Part shown: piece by piece, positions 1 to 21,722 of the stretch
How the letters are laid out: each line of letters opens with the position of its first letter
Numbering within the stretch: position 1 is the first letter of the stretch
NCBI GenBank assembly: GCA_904063045.1
Contig: CAJFCJ010000007.1
Coordinates: 2,425,404 to 2,489,403, forward strand
Reading direction: 5' to 3'
DNA from: Dimorphilus gyrociliatus
Lineage: Eukaryota > Animalia > Annelida
DNA length: 64,000 nt
Notes under the pieces: model-generated
The model's input: the letters and a program-made list of their open reading frames with translations, nothing else
Told to the model about the DNA's origin: nothing
The model's database searches: none
Program-made: the position numbers and the translations under genes

Positions 1-1069
1 ACAGATAAATCGGAATATGTCTATCATTTTTGTAATAAGAAGAAGAACTCTTCCGAGATCAAGTGCTTTACTAAAATCGACCATGAATCAGAAGACGAGC
101 GAGCGTATTATGTGTGTATTAAACACCTAAGGGACAATTGGAAGAACGAGTGCTTCCCCAGGCGTTGTGAATACGATTATTTTTTCGACAAGGAATCGAA
201 TGAATGTAAACATATAGGTATTTACCTAAATAATAAGAAGGATTAAGATGAAAAGAATGTTCTATAAGGAATTTTGATTTCTTTATTAAAAACAAATTAT
301 TTGCGGTACTTTTAGGTTATTCTTATTGCTCTTTGGAACCAAATAAGTGCACAGCTAAAAAATCAGCAAAGGGCAGACAATTTTACAAATTATGCATTCC
401 GAAAGACGCCGACTATGAGTACAGAGGCCAATGCATGCTAAAACGCTGCCCCGGAACGCAATTATTCCTCGAAGATGCTCGATCTTGTAGCGATTGTAAG
501 TGGGAGTGCTAAAAATAGTTTATTACTCATTTGTACCCTTATTTTACATATATACACTGAATTTAAAGCGTATTTTCTTTTCTTTTTAGATATGGACGAT
601 TGTGTATCATGGTGTCGAGATAGGGGTGACTGCTCTTTTCGTCCACTTACTAATAAGCGTTCATTTGAAGTCTGTTCACCACAACTTCGTGCCGAGTCCA
701 AAGTCAACATAGGCTGTATAAAGTGTCGTTGTCCAGAAACTAGTCCAATATTTTCTTCGAAAAGCTTTGCCAATTGTCTCCCGATAGGTAAACCAACTAT
801 TGCTTCTTCAATTGGTCTCATGAATTATTATGTAACAGATAAAATAGTTTTTTCCTTTTCTTCCTTCTTTCATAAAACGCCGTTTTTTTCTATTGTTTTC
901 CTATAATATAGCAAAAGAGTGCAAATCTGGCGAATTTAAGTACCTAACAGTTGAATCATCATCCTCTTCGGCGAACTCTATCGAAGTTTACAAATGTGAC
1001 AATTCCATTAGTCAATGTTACCTAGAATTGACTACTGCTTTACCGTCCAAATGTAATTTTTTGGCATAA
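1..1069 (+). CDS. 3' part of a cysteine-rich protein with chitin-binding type-2 (peritrophin-A)-like repeats; 5' end outside window
   Basis: Exons ~1-217, 316-495, 590-787, 912-1069 joined by phase-1 GT-AG introns; units such as YYVC...ECFPRRCEYDYFFDKESNEC and FYKLC...QCMLKRCPGTQLFLEDARSC show ChtBD2-like Cys/aromatic spacing; stop TAA 1067-1069. Confidence 0.55.
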
Positions 1070-1960
1070 GAGGAGAGAGAAGAGAGAATGGAGCGAACGG
1101 AGAGGAATTATGGAGAAAGAGATTGTAGGGGATATTAATAGAAACTCTAAATATATACACATATATATATGTATGAATGCTGAATAATCCTTGTTCTTAT
1201 TTAAATAAAGCATTAAAAAATTATTTCAAAGGATTCGCTTATCATCAAATTAAAAGGATAGGAGAGAGAGAGAAAGAAAGAGAAATATAAAAATAAAGAG
1301 TAATATTCAGTTTTGACTTTAAAAGAGCTATACTGAGTAATTACAATTAGTCGACAATCTCTTTAACAGCTGTGCTAATGAGTTAATACTCTTAATATAA
1401 AAGAGGCTTCAAGCTGTTTGAAATGGAATAGCGAAACTATAAAAAAAAAAAATATAACTCTTCGTTAAGATTTAAAATAGGTAGAAACCAAAAAAAGAAA
1501 ACACAATAAAAACTGACTACTTCTGTAAAAAAATAAAAAAGATACGGAAGAATAAAAAGAGAGAGAGAGAGAGAAAGGCAGAAGGGAGTTTGGGATTATA
1601 GCAATATGTACAATACTATATATAGTATTTATTATGTATATAACACGAATCTTTCGGAGAGTTTGATGTGTTTTTTTTTTTATTTTAAAAAAAAATATAC
1701 ATACTTACTTAAATAGATACAGTTTGAGTACATTTATTTATACTCGTTTATTATAAATAGGCTAAATTTTTAATAAAAAAAAATCTGGATTAGTCATTCG
1801 CTAACTCATCGCGCTTTTAGTAATAACGTAACGTAATCGATGAGGAACGTTGAATAGGCTGTTTTTTCCCTTTTGTGTTTTTAAAAATAGAAAGGAAAGA
1901 ATATTTTAAGACACAAAGATTACATCTGTTTAAATTTATACATATATACATATATATATT

Positions 1961-1964
<4 letters not shown>

Positions 1965-1991
<27 letters not shown>
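1965..1991. repeat. (AT)n microsatellite
   Basis: Perfect alternating AT run read directly. Confidence 0.95.
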
Positions 1992-2097
1992 CGTATAATG
2001 TATAATGTATATATGTATATATGTATAGTATATCTATAAAAATTTGTGTTTTATATATATAAAAAAAGTGAATGAGTTGGTTTGTCCTTTTGAAAAA

Positions 2098-4199
2098 ATG
2101 GTTTTGGACGACAATCGTAAACAAGCTGCCGGCTGTTTTAAGGCTTTGCCAGAATTAATCAACTCTCGTAAATGGAACGAAGTTGTGAGGGAGGTTTGTA
2201 TATTTATTAATACTTTTATAAGGGAATAAATGTTAAAATATTCTGTAATTTTCTTATAGATTAAAGGGATTTCCCATATTCTATTGGAGTCATCATCCGA
2301 TACTGAAGAGAAAAGCGAAAAGGATAAGAAGAGTGCTTTACTGCCTGAAGATGTTCAAAAGAATTTACGTAATAAATTTGATACCGTTAAGGAAATTTGC
2401 GCTGCAAATGGATCTAATATAAAGTTCCCACCAACTGCAAATCCTACGACGTCTGTACCACAGTCGTCAAAAAACTTAAAAACAACAAGGCCTATCACTA
2501 CAACACCCCCTGTGTCGTCTGTACCATCGGTGCGAACTATAGCAAAAGCACCTTTAGCAGTTTCAGCAGTGTCATCACCTTCTACACGTTCAGCACCTTC
2601 AGTGCCTGTTGCGCGTGCAGCACCGCTAGAACTGCCCACCCCCTTATCACCTTTGGTATCGTCAGTACCCTCGGAGACCCCTCAACCTGCTCCTGTCTCC
2701 GCACCAGTGGTACCTTCCACTCCCATCTTGACCTCTGTACCTCCTAGTGTGCATTCTACACCCTTTACACCGTGTGACCCTGCTCGAGAAGAAGTTTAGT
2801 AAGTTTCTTTTTTCTTATAAAATAATATGTTCTCCTTCTAAATGCCCTCGTTTAAATTGTCTGCTATTTTTTGTTTTTTTTTTGTTTTTTATCCAGCACC
2901 CGAGCACCAATTGTAGAAGAGACACTGGTTAAAGAAGCTCAAAACAAGGAAACTACTCAATGTCGATCGGCAAGTCCTGGAGAGACGCCAACATCGGCAG
3001 CCCATAGTAGTCGTTTAGAACGATTACAGACGTTATATTCTAGGGCCAAAAATAATTTACTTTTAGGTGATGGTGTTTATCATGTACCCAGATCTAAAAG
3101 ACACCCTATGGATGTTGCGTGGAAAACAGGAAGTAAATATTTGAAACGAGTTTTAGCAGATTATCCCGATAAGGAAGACGAAGAGAGTTGTCCAGCATTA
3201 AATATAGATTTCTATATGAAGGATGGTATTCATCCATTGGCTTGGGCTTATTCGGAAGGTATGAAAATCAACGATGAGGAACTGAAGAGAAAGAAAGAAG
3301 AGAGGTGTGACGTTCCCGATTCGATACCCAGTATTAGAAAGGCTCAAATTGTAAGTGACAATTTTCAAGCGTTATCGAGTGAAAAGGAGCTAAGAGAAGA
3401 AAAACAGAGCAATTTTCCCATTAAATACAAGTCAGATTCTAGCGAAGATTTGCAAGAAATTAAAGCAAACACAATAAAAGAAATGGCAAAAGCTTGCGAC
3501 TTCTCAGCTCCTAAAATTTCAACTATTGATTATGATGGATATGCAAATAGGGTATCGACCCTTAAGAGAGTTTTTGAGGGATTAACGAAAAAAAACGAGA
3601 ATGGACGCAAAATCCCTCGATTTCAAGTGAATCACAGTAATAGTCCTAGTATTACATCTACATCATCGGTTAATTTAACCTATTTATCGCAAAAAACTCA
3701 AAATTCAATAGCATCTACATCATGTATTGATGATAGCTTAATTAATCCAATAAAGCTACCTTCCGTGGCGTCAGTATCATCGAAATTCGAAGAATTAACT
3801 GAAAAAGATGATGACTATGGAAGTTTTTCTCGGGTTCAATACGAAGGGAATAGGGTTCACGAGGTGCTACTAAACAAGCAAAAACCTTTATTACAATATA
3901 GAAAAGAAGATTTGAGATATGCCATTGAACAAGTTCAAGGGAAATTGAGTAAGATTGATAATGAACATCCCGCTAAAAGACATATGTACGAAGCACTAAG
4001 TTCATTATATGCTGCTATCGCTAAACTAGAAATAGCAGGCGAAAAGGCCGAATCAGACGAATCGATTGCCGGAGCCGGCGATTTGTGTTCCGAATGCGGT
4101 AAAAAGAAAAAGTTGACTGACAGCCTCTGGTACGATAACGAGAAATTGTTAGACAAAAAATTCGAATCGTATTTACATCTGTGCTGCCAATCACATTAA
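2098..4199 (+). CDS. Uncharacterised protein (~670 aa) with Pro/Ser/Thr/Val-rich low-complexity segment
   Basis: ATG 2098; exons ~2098-2193, 2260-2799, 2897-4199 join in frame via GT-AG sites (gag|gtttgt, ta|gtaagt); no family recognised. Confidence 0.7.
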
Positions 4200-4247
4200 G
4201 AATTATATACGTACATATACAGATAAACATTCACGATATATATAGTG

Positions 4248-4248
<1 letters not shown>

Positions 4249-4279
<31 letters not shown>

Positions 4280-4370
4280 CAGTATGTATATACAAGAATA
4301 TACTGTATACATATATCTATAAAAAAAATTTTATATAAGTATTGTTATAAATATATATATATATATATAT

Positions 4371-4404
<34 letters not shown>
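4249..4404. repeat. Cluster of (AT)n microsatellites upstream of the ERG channel gene
   Basis: AT runs at ~4249-4275, 4349-4372 and 4378-4404. Confidence 0.9.
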
Positions 4405-4407
<3 letters not shown>

Positions 4408-4892
4408 TATTTATATATAATATATGTAAGTTTATGTTTCGTGTATAAATATGTTTAATTATCTGTATGCAAATTTAGTATAATACACAAATAGGTTATT
4501 TATATGTGTGCCTATAAAATTATGAATTATTATTAGCTATTGAAAGTCTTCTACTTATTATTCCTTTTATAATTCAATCGCTTATTCTTCTTTTTTATAC
4601 TCTCGAAGGGGGTATTGCAAGCCGGTAGTAAGAGCGACAAACAACGTTTGGCGGGGAGTAACCCCGGCTCAGCGACGAGTGCAGTACTCGTCGAAAACGC
4701 AACGTCAATCGGTCGCCAGTATTTTTAAAAAATAGATTAAATCACACCATTGTTTTCTTATACAAATTCTAGACGATTGATTTGATTATTCTACCTAGGC
4801 CATATTTGGTTAGTGACGAAAACGGCGAAATGTGCGAAAAGAGGATTATCGTCGGTGCTATTTTTTCTAACCAGGATTTTAGGTTTATGTAA

Positions 4893-10638
<5,746 letters not shown>

Positions 10639-10978
10639 AAAAAAAAAAAAGAGAAAATTGAAATGGAAAATAAAGAAAAAAAAAAGAAACTTTTAGAATA
10701 AACGGAAGACTAGTCAACAAACAAAAACAAAAAAAAAGTTAATAAAAACAAAATTATAAACACGTTCTGTCTCGTTTGCAAAAAAAAAAAAAAGAACACA
10801 ATTGTGTTGCTTTTTTTTTCTCTTTTTTTTTTTTTTTGTACATAAACGAAATAGTTTTATTCCTTTACTGTTAAAACAGACTGCTCCCACGATATAATAA
10901 CTGTTTTCTCCTACGTCGCCAAATTTGTTATGCATATTACAAAACACGAATTTTTTTTCTTATGCAAACAACACTAAA

Positions 10979-13900
10979 CTACTTACGACTTTCCTCAACT
11001 AAATTCTGCAACAAACAACTTTGAAGTTCTGATAAGCTTTGCTGCGCCTTCTGTAATCTAGCAGCCGCTTGCAATCTCTGCTCGAGGCTGAACTGACCTA
11101 ATCTACTATGGATTTCTTCTCTAACTCTTTCAACTTGTTGAGCTATATTCTCTATGTTAGCTATAGGTGATGATTCCAGCGCAACAGCGTCTTGACTATC
11201 TTCCATGTCAAGGGGAGCTAATATTCTTGTTTCTCTCTCTTTCAATTTCTGCCGTTTTCGCTCGTATTGTTGCTTAAAAATTTGCAATTGTTCCTTTACA
11301 CGCTTCACTTTAGGTTCGGCAATACCACTAAGATTCTTTACTTCTATTTGGCTTTTCTTTGATAAATCTCCAACTGTCTTTATTCCATGAACCTTCTTCC
11401 AGTTATTTACTACCAATTTTCTAGTTAAAGAGAAAAGAAAATTGAAATATACAACACATATAGATAATAAATATATATATATATATATATATATACAGTA
11501 TATAACTATATTAAATATTCTTTTGTTTTTACATTATCATTATAATGTTAATAACTTACGCGTTTGTCGATGTACAAACAGCGGATAATATCTCACCAAT
11601 ATCTTCGTTACAATCGATTAAATCGCCACAAATCGGATCGGTTTGGTTTAATTGAGATAATGATTCGGAATCGATTGATGAAGAATTGGAAGCCTGAGAT
11701 AGTTCAGGAACGCTATTCTGAGTTGATAAATTCATAGGACTATTACATTCCCTTCCGTTAGCGTCTTTTGTTGATATAGTTTCGTTAAAGTGAACATGAC
11801 GACGCTGCATTGAAAAGTGAACAACTTAGATAATTATGTAAATATATAATAAACAAAATAGTTATTTTATCTAACTTTCAATTAACTATCGTTAATTAAT
11901 TAAATACTATTCAAGTCAGATATATTTTAATTCATCTAACGGAAATTTTTACCTTTGGTGATGGCTCAACGCTTACTGACGGTTTTCGTTTTAAGATACC
12001 TGGAGATACTTTAGACGTGATAGCAATATTAATATCAGAGGTAGAAGTTGGAGAGCTATTGATCTGTTTCGTTCTTTCAAATTTCTTGAGAACGGGCGAA
12101 GAGAAAACTAATCTTTTCAACTCGTTAGATTGAGTTCTAGCCTTTATTGGACTTTCGGTTAAAGGTTTTTGTCTTCCGGATATAACTGGCAACATTTTAA
12201 TTTGGCAATCAATCTTATTCGCTTTAGAAGCAGAAGCGTTTGATACTTCGTCCAAATCATCTTTTTCCGAATTTTTTTCCTTTTCCACTTCTTGTAAGGC
12301 GGTTTTACCTTTCAGTGATGGACTATTTATTGGGTCCGGAGCTACTAAAGGAAATTTAGTACATTTTAAGTTCTTAGGCGTATTCGGAACTTCATCTACA
12401 AGACTTTGAGCTTTATTGATTTTAAATTGTGCTTCCTTTAATTCATCTTGACATTCGATAACTAATTTCTTTGATTCTAATAATTTTTCGGTTATGACCC
12501 TATCTATAGTATCTTCAACAATTTGAACGCCGTCATCTTTCTTCTCAACTGACGTATCGTTCTCAGCAACTGAATCCTCAGTTTCCTCAACAAAAAATGG
12601 AGAACTACTCTCCTTTGAATTACCGCTAAAATCCAATTTTGTTCTTGCTCTTTTCGACCTCTTTCTTTTATCGGTAAAAGATGAAGACAATTTAGGTTCG
12701 CTATGTGAAAGTATTTCCGATGAACTCTTTCTTGTCATTCGGCGTTTGCGTACGATTTTGTCTTCCTTCTGTTTTACAATATTGGCATCGAGACTTAATT
12801 TTCGCTTTCGACCTCTATTTGATTTTCTTCTATTTTCGTCGTTTTGCATAATATTCGGCGACCTAAGAACATTGGAACGTTCTTTAACCACTTCGGCGCA
12901 CTTATCGATTTTCCCGTCAGCGGATACATTTTCATCGAACGATTGTTTCCGGCTTCTTAAGTCGTTACTTTTCGTCGGAGAGGAATTCGATAGTTTACTC
13001 GATATATCCGTAACGACGTCCTCTTCGATGACTTCGACCTCTTCGCTATTTTCACTCACTATCTGCGATTCATCTTTTTTCTCAATCTCCATATGTTCAT
13101 CTTCTACATCTTTCTCAACCGTGTCATTCGTATCTTTAATCACTTCCTCTTTCCTAAACTCTGTCTTATCCTTCGGCCCAGCAGAACTAACGCCAATATT
13201 AGAAAATGGTAAAGGCGTCAATTCCATTACAGGAGTTTCCGTGCTGCGTTTCAATGCACAAGTTAATCTCTCTCTTAATGGAAAAAATTATCTTTAATAC
13301 CTTAATTGTGACATTTGAGTATCGTTTGTCACAATGTCTTGCGTGTCTCCATAAATGTTGTTATTTCTGTTTTAAAAAGTGTTTTTCGACAATTTATTCA
13401 TACAAAATCTAATAAATCTTAAACATCGGTTATTTACCTCTGTTCCTTTAAAATTTCCTTTTGATGTTGAGTTAAAATCCTCTTACCTTTAGGTGGTGAA
13501 TCGATTTTTATGAAACTCTATGAATAAAAGAGGAAATATTTAGATTTTATGAGAAAAATAATCAAAATATTTCATTGAGATTAAATACATTGGAATTCAT
13601 ATCATTTAGCGACGTAGGATTAGGATTTGAGACTTTTGTACTCTTTTGAGAGATTTTTGGAGATGACATTAGATTAATTGATGATTTTTCAAGTGATAGA
13701 GTAGGAGTTTTTTTCTTTGGTGAAAGAATACCAGGAATACTTGGAAGATCAACCTGTAAAAATTTATTGTATATAAAGCTATATATCAATATTATTTATA
13801 AAAGAAATGAAATTCCTACTTGAGATTCTAAATGTATTTCCCTTGATCCTAATTCTTCCATTACAACAGTCTGTTGATGCCAATTAGGTAAAATCAATTT

Positions 13901-16900
13901 TAAAGAAGCATTTTTAAAATATTCCCTGTTTTAATGAAAGAAAAAAAATAACAAATGATTAACCTAATTAAATTTAAGACTGTAAAAAAAATGATAAAAG
14001 CTTTTTTTACTTGAGAGTGTTGGGATAAACTAAATGATTCGATTTAGAAAACGTTTCATTCCATAGTGTTGTTGTTGATTTTACTAAATATGATTTATCA
14101 AATGCTTTAACAAATAATTCACTTAAATCCGATAACAATTCCGAGTCGTAGGGAGCTTTATAGTCTTTTAAATAACTTATAAACGCTTGATGTAGCTGGT
14201 AAAAACAATACAGACATCGATATATATATATATATATATATAGTATTTATGATTAAAAAATTGTTAACTACTTCTTGTAAATTCTTCTCCGAACAATTTT
14301 CATAACATGCAATAAAATATTTTTGGAATATTTGAAAGGCATTCTGAAATATAGACGCTTTAGGCATTGCTTTGAAGAAAACCATGAAACATTCGGCTAA
14401 TAGTTTAAATAGTTTATCTTCTTTCCATTTATAATATAAATTCTTTTCAATATATAAAAAAAGTTTCGAAATAATAGATAATATCGAATGATTAATTGCA
14501 GTTGAAGGACGAGGACTTCCAAAGAGTGATGCTTTTTAATTCAAAAATATTTATTAACAATATTTTATACATGTATAATTTCATTATTTACTTACCAGTT
14601 GTTGAATCTTCGCAATAGTCGATTGTTTCGAGTAGGATTGTAAAAACTTTTAAAAATTGTTCATAATCTTTCGGCTAGAATGAAAAATTAAAATTTTTAT
14701 TGCATAATAATTGATAATTAATTAAAATATTTATTTCTTTTTTTTTGTTACTTTTAATTCTAATTTGCATAAATTATCGGTTAATTCGTAGATCGATTGA
14801 TTTGAAGATACATTCTCAACCATTGACGCTAGTCTATTAAACGTCTGTTAAAAGTAGTATGTTAAATAATGCTCATGTTTATAATAGTAATTAACGTCCT
14901 TACTTTGAATAGATTACGCCACTTTTCCAAAGAGAATGAAAGATGAAATTCAAATGGTATCATCAAAGTATCAATTAAACAAGAGAAATCGTGCTTAACA
15001 ACGTTACCCTGATTGACCTCTTGGGTCTTATGAAAACAATTATTTCTTATTAACAACACAATTGTAAATGGGAAATATTTTTAATATTTAAAATATTAAT
15101 TACCAGCATTATACATTCGTTTAATTCGTAAACAATCATCTCCCATATTTCCATCAACCAGATCGTATTTTCTTCTCTTTTCTCAATTCTTTCTATAGTC
15201 TATTTAAATAATAAACCAGAGTTTACAAATTATTTAGTGATTAATTAACCTTCAACAGACTTTAACGAGTTCGTTAAAATTATTTAACGATATATATTCT
15301 CCTTCTGGTAAAATTGATAAGTATGATTTAAATAATTGTGCCAATTCACAATTAAGATTCTTATCCATTGTCTTCTCTTCTAATAATTCTATTATCCATT
15401 TTAGACAATAAAATACGGACGACTCCTATGGGAATAGTAAAATAAACAAATTAACCACGTATTTATTATTAATTCTTCAAGTGATAAACGAGAACCTTTT
15501 TATCCTTATCGAAATGAATATGACTTTGACAAAGAAACGTCTTGTCCAATTCAGAGATAGACTTTAGAAATTTCTTTAAATAATAAAGGTTAAACATCTG
15601 TAAGAGGATTTTATATAAAAAAAAAGAAAAAAATAGCTTACTGGTATAGCATTCCTGCTTAGTATCTTATCTTCTAATAAACATTTTATGCCGTCAAATA
15701 GACTTTTCATACAATCAACATTAGGTACTACTTTTCCTCTCATATAAGATAAACATGTTTCTAAGAGAAATATCTTGGCATTTTCTATAAATAGAATAAT
15801 TATATTAATTACATTTATCCAATTAATATTGCTTAATTAGAAATACCCGAAAACAAGTTTGGTGAAGTTTTGAATATATTAAATACGGCTTTAATACAAT
15901 CCAGTAGTTTGGTAAGTGTAATTCGTGAATATAAAAGTTGAATATTAGGTAAACCTATTAAAAATATTAATTTATTTATTAACAAAAAAAAATCATTAAA
16001 AAACACATTAAATTCAAAATATTAAAATAAATACCTTTTGTAAAAGAATTCGGTATGTATGTTTTAAATTCATTGGGTTCCTTAACAAATAGTAAGCAAA
16101 ATATAACGGCAGTATTATTAAAGAGCGTTTCTGTTAATTCTAAAGAAGTGTTTTCGGCTAGAAAGATATTAAAAGTGTATGTGTATATACATATTTATAG
16201 ATTTAGTGTATTAATTTATTTATTGATACCATAATTGGAGCTAATAATCTCTTTGCAATGCTCGTAGTAAGCGTCGATCATCTGTGAGAGTAAATTAATA
16301 TCTATCCGTCAATCAATTAATTAGCTTTAATTAAAATTACATCAGAAGTGCTATCGTCAGAATATTCTTGCGCAATTATAAATTTCCACCAGGAATAGAT
16401 CTTTCTTGATATTAAGCTTTCTGTATGATGAGTTTTACCATATGCAGCTTTGGCTAGTTTTTTAAATCTTGTTCTATGCAAACGTTCTTTTATTTGGAGT
16501 AGGAAATCGTATCAATAAAGTATTATTTGGTGAAAAAAAAAACTTTTCTTATTCAATTTACTAACCTCTATCAGAACAAACTACCTCGAATAGGGCGTCA
16601 ACGCAATCGTAGGCTTTCAAACAATTATTTACAGAACCTTTTAGCCCGAAAGTTACGACTTTTAGAAGGTTATTTATAACACCCATTTCATTATCACTGA
16701 TAGCTCTCCTCCCCAAAAAACATATAACATTTTTCACGAAGGTTAAATCATCGGAACAGAATGTTTTGCGTAAATCTTCAGAATTAAATTTCTCATAATT
16801 ACAATTATGTTGTATAAGTAATCGGAAAAACTCTTTGGATGATTTCTCTAGATCATTCTTCCAATGTAGAGTACATTTTTCGAATATCTTATAAGCTTGA

Positions 16901-17133
16901 ACCCTTTCAAAACTATTTTTTGACGTAGTATACGGTAGTATTACTTGAGTCAAAGCAGAGACGTTGCCAAAAAGGTCGTCAGTTTTTTGACTAGATAAAC
17001 TAAAAAAAGAATCATTAGATAGTATATTCAAAACAAATTATTTAACTTACAATGTTTCAAGTTCTTTGAGAGAATCGAGTTTATTCTTTTCCTCATCGTC
17101 TAAAGCACTAAGAAGTTTGTTCAAATGATCCAT
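10979..17133 (-). CDS. RIF1: Replication timing regulatory factor RIF1
   Basis: Multi-exon HEAT-like N-terminus including YDSELLSDLSELF...WNETFSKSNHLVYPNTLK; Ser/Glu-rich middle; PP1 docking motifs SPGILKR and RRHVHF (SILK/RVxF); C-terminal GIKTVGDLSKKSQIEVKNL. ATG at 17133. Confidence 0.85.
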
Positions 17134-17423
17134 AATCAAATTTATATGTTAAAAACAACTGATTTGAGAAACACATTAGGTGATTAATACATTTCCCGCG
17201 TTAATAATCGCGTACAGCACCAAAAGGCGTCGTGGTCAGTCATTGGTCCAAAATAAAGTATTTAACAGGGTGCTCAGTTCCGTTCCCTACAGGAAAAATA
17301 ACCACTAACCTCACTAAACTAAAAGACGACTTTCGAACGAAGAAGCGCTGGAGAGTGCTTTGTATGATAAATAGCATAAAGCGCTTACAGCGTCAGGGCG
17401 TGCTTTAGTAAAAATCTACTTTA
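17134..17423. promoter_or_regulatory. Bidirectional promoter RIF1/DHX15 with E2F site and CCAAT box
   Basis: Head-to-head genes ~290 bp apart; TTTCCCGC at 17192-17199 (E2F consensus TTTSSCGC); ATTGG at 17242-17246; locally CpG-rich. Confidence 0.55.
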
Positions 17424-19980
<2,557 letters not shown>

Positions 19981-20104
19981 TGTTCACAAAATTGTATTTG
20001 TTCCGTTACTGTAGCTATGGTATATGCTAAAAGTTTCATGTTTTCTTTTTATGATTACATAATACATAACCTATGTAAAACTACTTTTTTTTTAAATATT
20101 CTTT

Positions 20105-20245
20105 GATAAACGTCATAAAGATGGCGCTAGTGTTTGTAATGCTGGTTGTATCTTAGTATTCTTCGACCAATCAGCGCTCGAAACGTAAATATTTATAGCT
20201 ACGAATACGGTGTGGCGCTGCCGATCAATTGCAGTGACGTCAAAA
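20105..20245 (+). promoter_or_regulatory. Candidate ER-stress promoter elements upstream of HERPUD
   Basis: CCAAT-N9-AAACG (20167-20185; ERSE is CCAAT-N9-CCACG), TGACGTCA CRE/ATF palindrome at 20235-20242, YY1-like AAGATGGCG at 20118-20126. Confidence 0.4.
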
Positions 20246-20496
20246 TTGACAACAGAAAAATTACACAAGTTACCCTTGTTTCATAAGATTATAAGAAGGA
20301 TTTTCATCGTAAGTTGAATTTTAAACATATGCTGCCGCATACAGATCGATCAATTCTGCCCGATCTGTCGTAGAAATTGTGGATCGGTGTTATAATAGTT
20401 GACTGACGCAATTCGTACATTTCCCGATACAACCTTTCAATAATATATCGTTACCTTTTTAAACACAGAGCTTTCACCTACTAACACAAAGAAATT

Positions 20497-21722
20497 ATGG
20501 ATTCCCTTTTAAATACAAATGTGACATTGGTCGTTAAGGCACCGAATCAGAAAATAGCCGATCAGACGGTAGAATGCGCAATAGAATGGACAGTTAAACA
20601 ATTGAAGAGACACTTATCAGAAGTCCACCCTAGTAAACCCGTTAGTACATTATTTATAACTGTAAAACAATTCAATAATTAATTTGTATCTACTTAATAG
20701 AATGAAGATAACCAAAAGTTGATTTATTCCGGAAAATTATTACCCGACAATGTTTTACTCAAAGATATATTAAAAGAAGTAAGTAGACTGACTTATATAT
20801 ATATATAATATTATATTATCTAACGTCAAGTTCACGAGTGAACTGAATGTTGATATCTGATTAGACTTAACTTAGGCCTATCCTTTTCAGGATAACGAAG
20901 AACAAATTCAGCATACAGTACATCTAGTTTGTTCGAACCCATCACCCGTCCCTCAAAGAATACCACCTACATCAGATATTAGGAATGAAAATGGACCATA
21001 TAGAAGGAAACAATCTATGTCGGCTACAGCACCCTCATCTACAACCCCAACTCCAGCTCCAATATCAGCACCAGAATTTAATCAATTCAGTCAGTTAAAT
21101 TGGCCTTACAATCCAGAGCAAATGATGTGGTTACAGCAAATTTATACACAGCAATGGAATCAGATGATGTCGCAGTAGTAAGTAAATGATTTACGATGAA
21201 AGTTTGTGATACAATGTTTTTTTTTATTACCTTTTTTATAACAGTTATCAAGAACAATCTCTTCCCTCTGCTCTTCCTGCTGAGGGTACGACGACTGCTA
21301 CTTCGGCGGGACTTCCCCCTCCTCAGCAACCACAACCTGAAGCTGCCCAAGAACCTGAACCGGTTAGAATGAATGCTGGACCAGGGGCCGCTGCTGCGGA
21401 AGATGATGAATTTGAAAATCGAGATTGGCTTGATAAATTATATACTCTATGCAGAATAGCCATATTCCTGGCTATAATCTACTACTACTCCAACTTTCAA
21501 CGTTTCGCTCTGTTTTTAACATTGGCCCTCGTTTTTTATGTGTATCATATCGGCTGGTTAAGACCCCAACGACGCCTCAATCGAGAGTCTCCGAGACCGG
21601 AACAAGACGGTCAACAGCCGGCTGAAGACAATCGTTTAGTCTCTATCTTTCGGATGTTTACTACTTTTGTCATAAGCTTTGTCATGTCAATTTTTCCAAC
21701 AGCTGACGTTGGAGCAAACTAG
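20497..21722 (+). CDS. HERPUD2: Homocysteine-responsive ER-resident ubiquitin-like domain protein (HERP family)
   Basis: N-terminal UBL VTLVVKAPNQKIADQTV...WTVKQLKRHLS|QKLIYSGKLL|HTVHLVC; MNAGPG...EFENRDWLD motif followed by hydrophobic membrane segments; 4 exons. HERPUD1 vs 2 is not resolvable. Confidence 0.9.

Noticed and set aside
12746-13297. 183-aa plus-strand ORF and similar antisense ORFs (462-821, 2355-2639, 9562-9852, 18291-18659)
   Set aside because: Shadows of real exons on the opposite strand; low-complexity translations.
20827-20846. Short perfect hairpins in introns (AGTTCAC-GA-GTGAACT in HERPUD; GTGGC..GCCAC near a DHX15 3'SS; CCGAC-TTG-GTCGG at ~62645)
   Set aside because: 5-7 bp stems are expected by chance in 64 kb; no snoRNA boxes could be supported.
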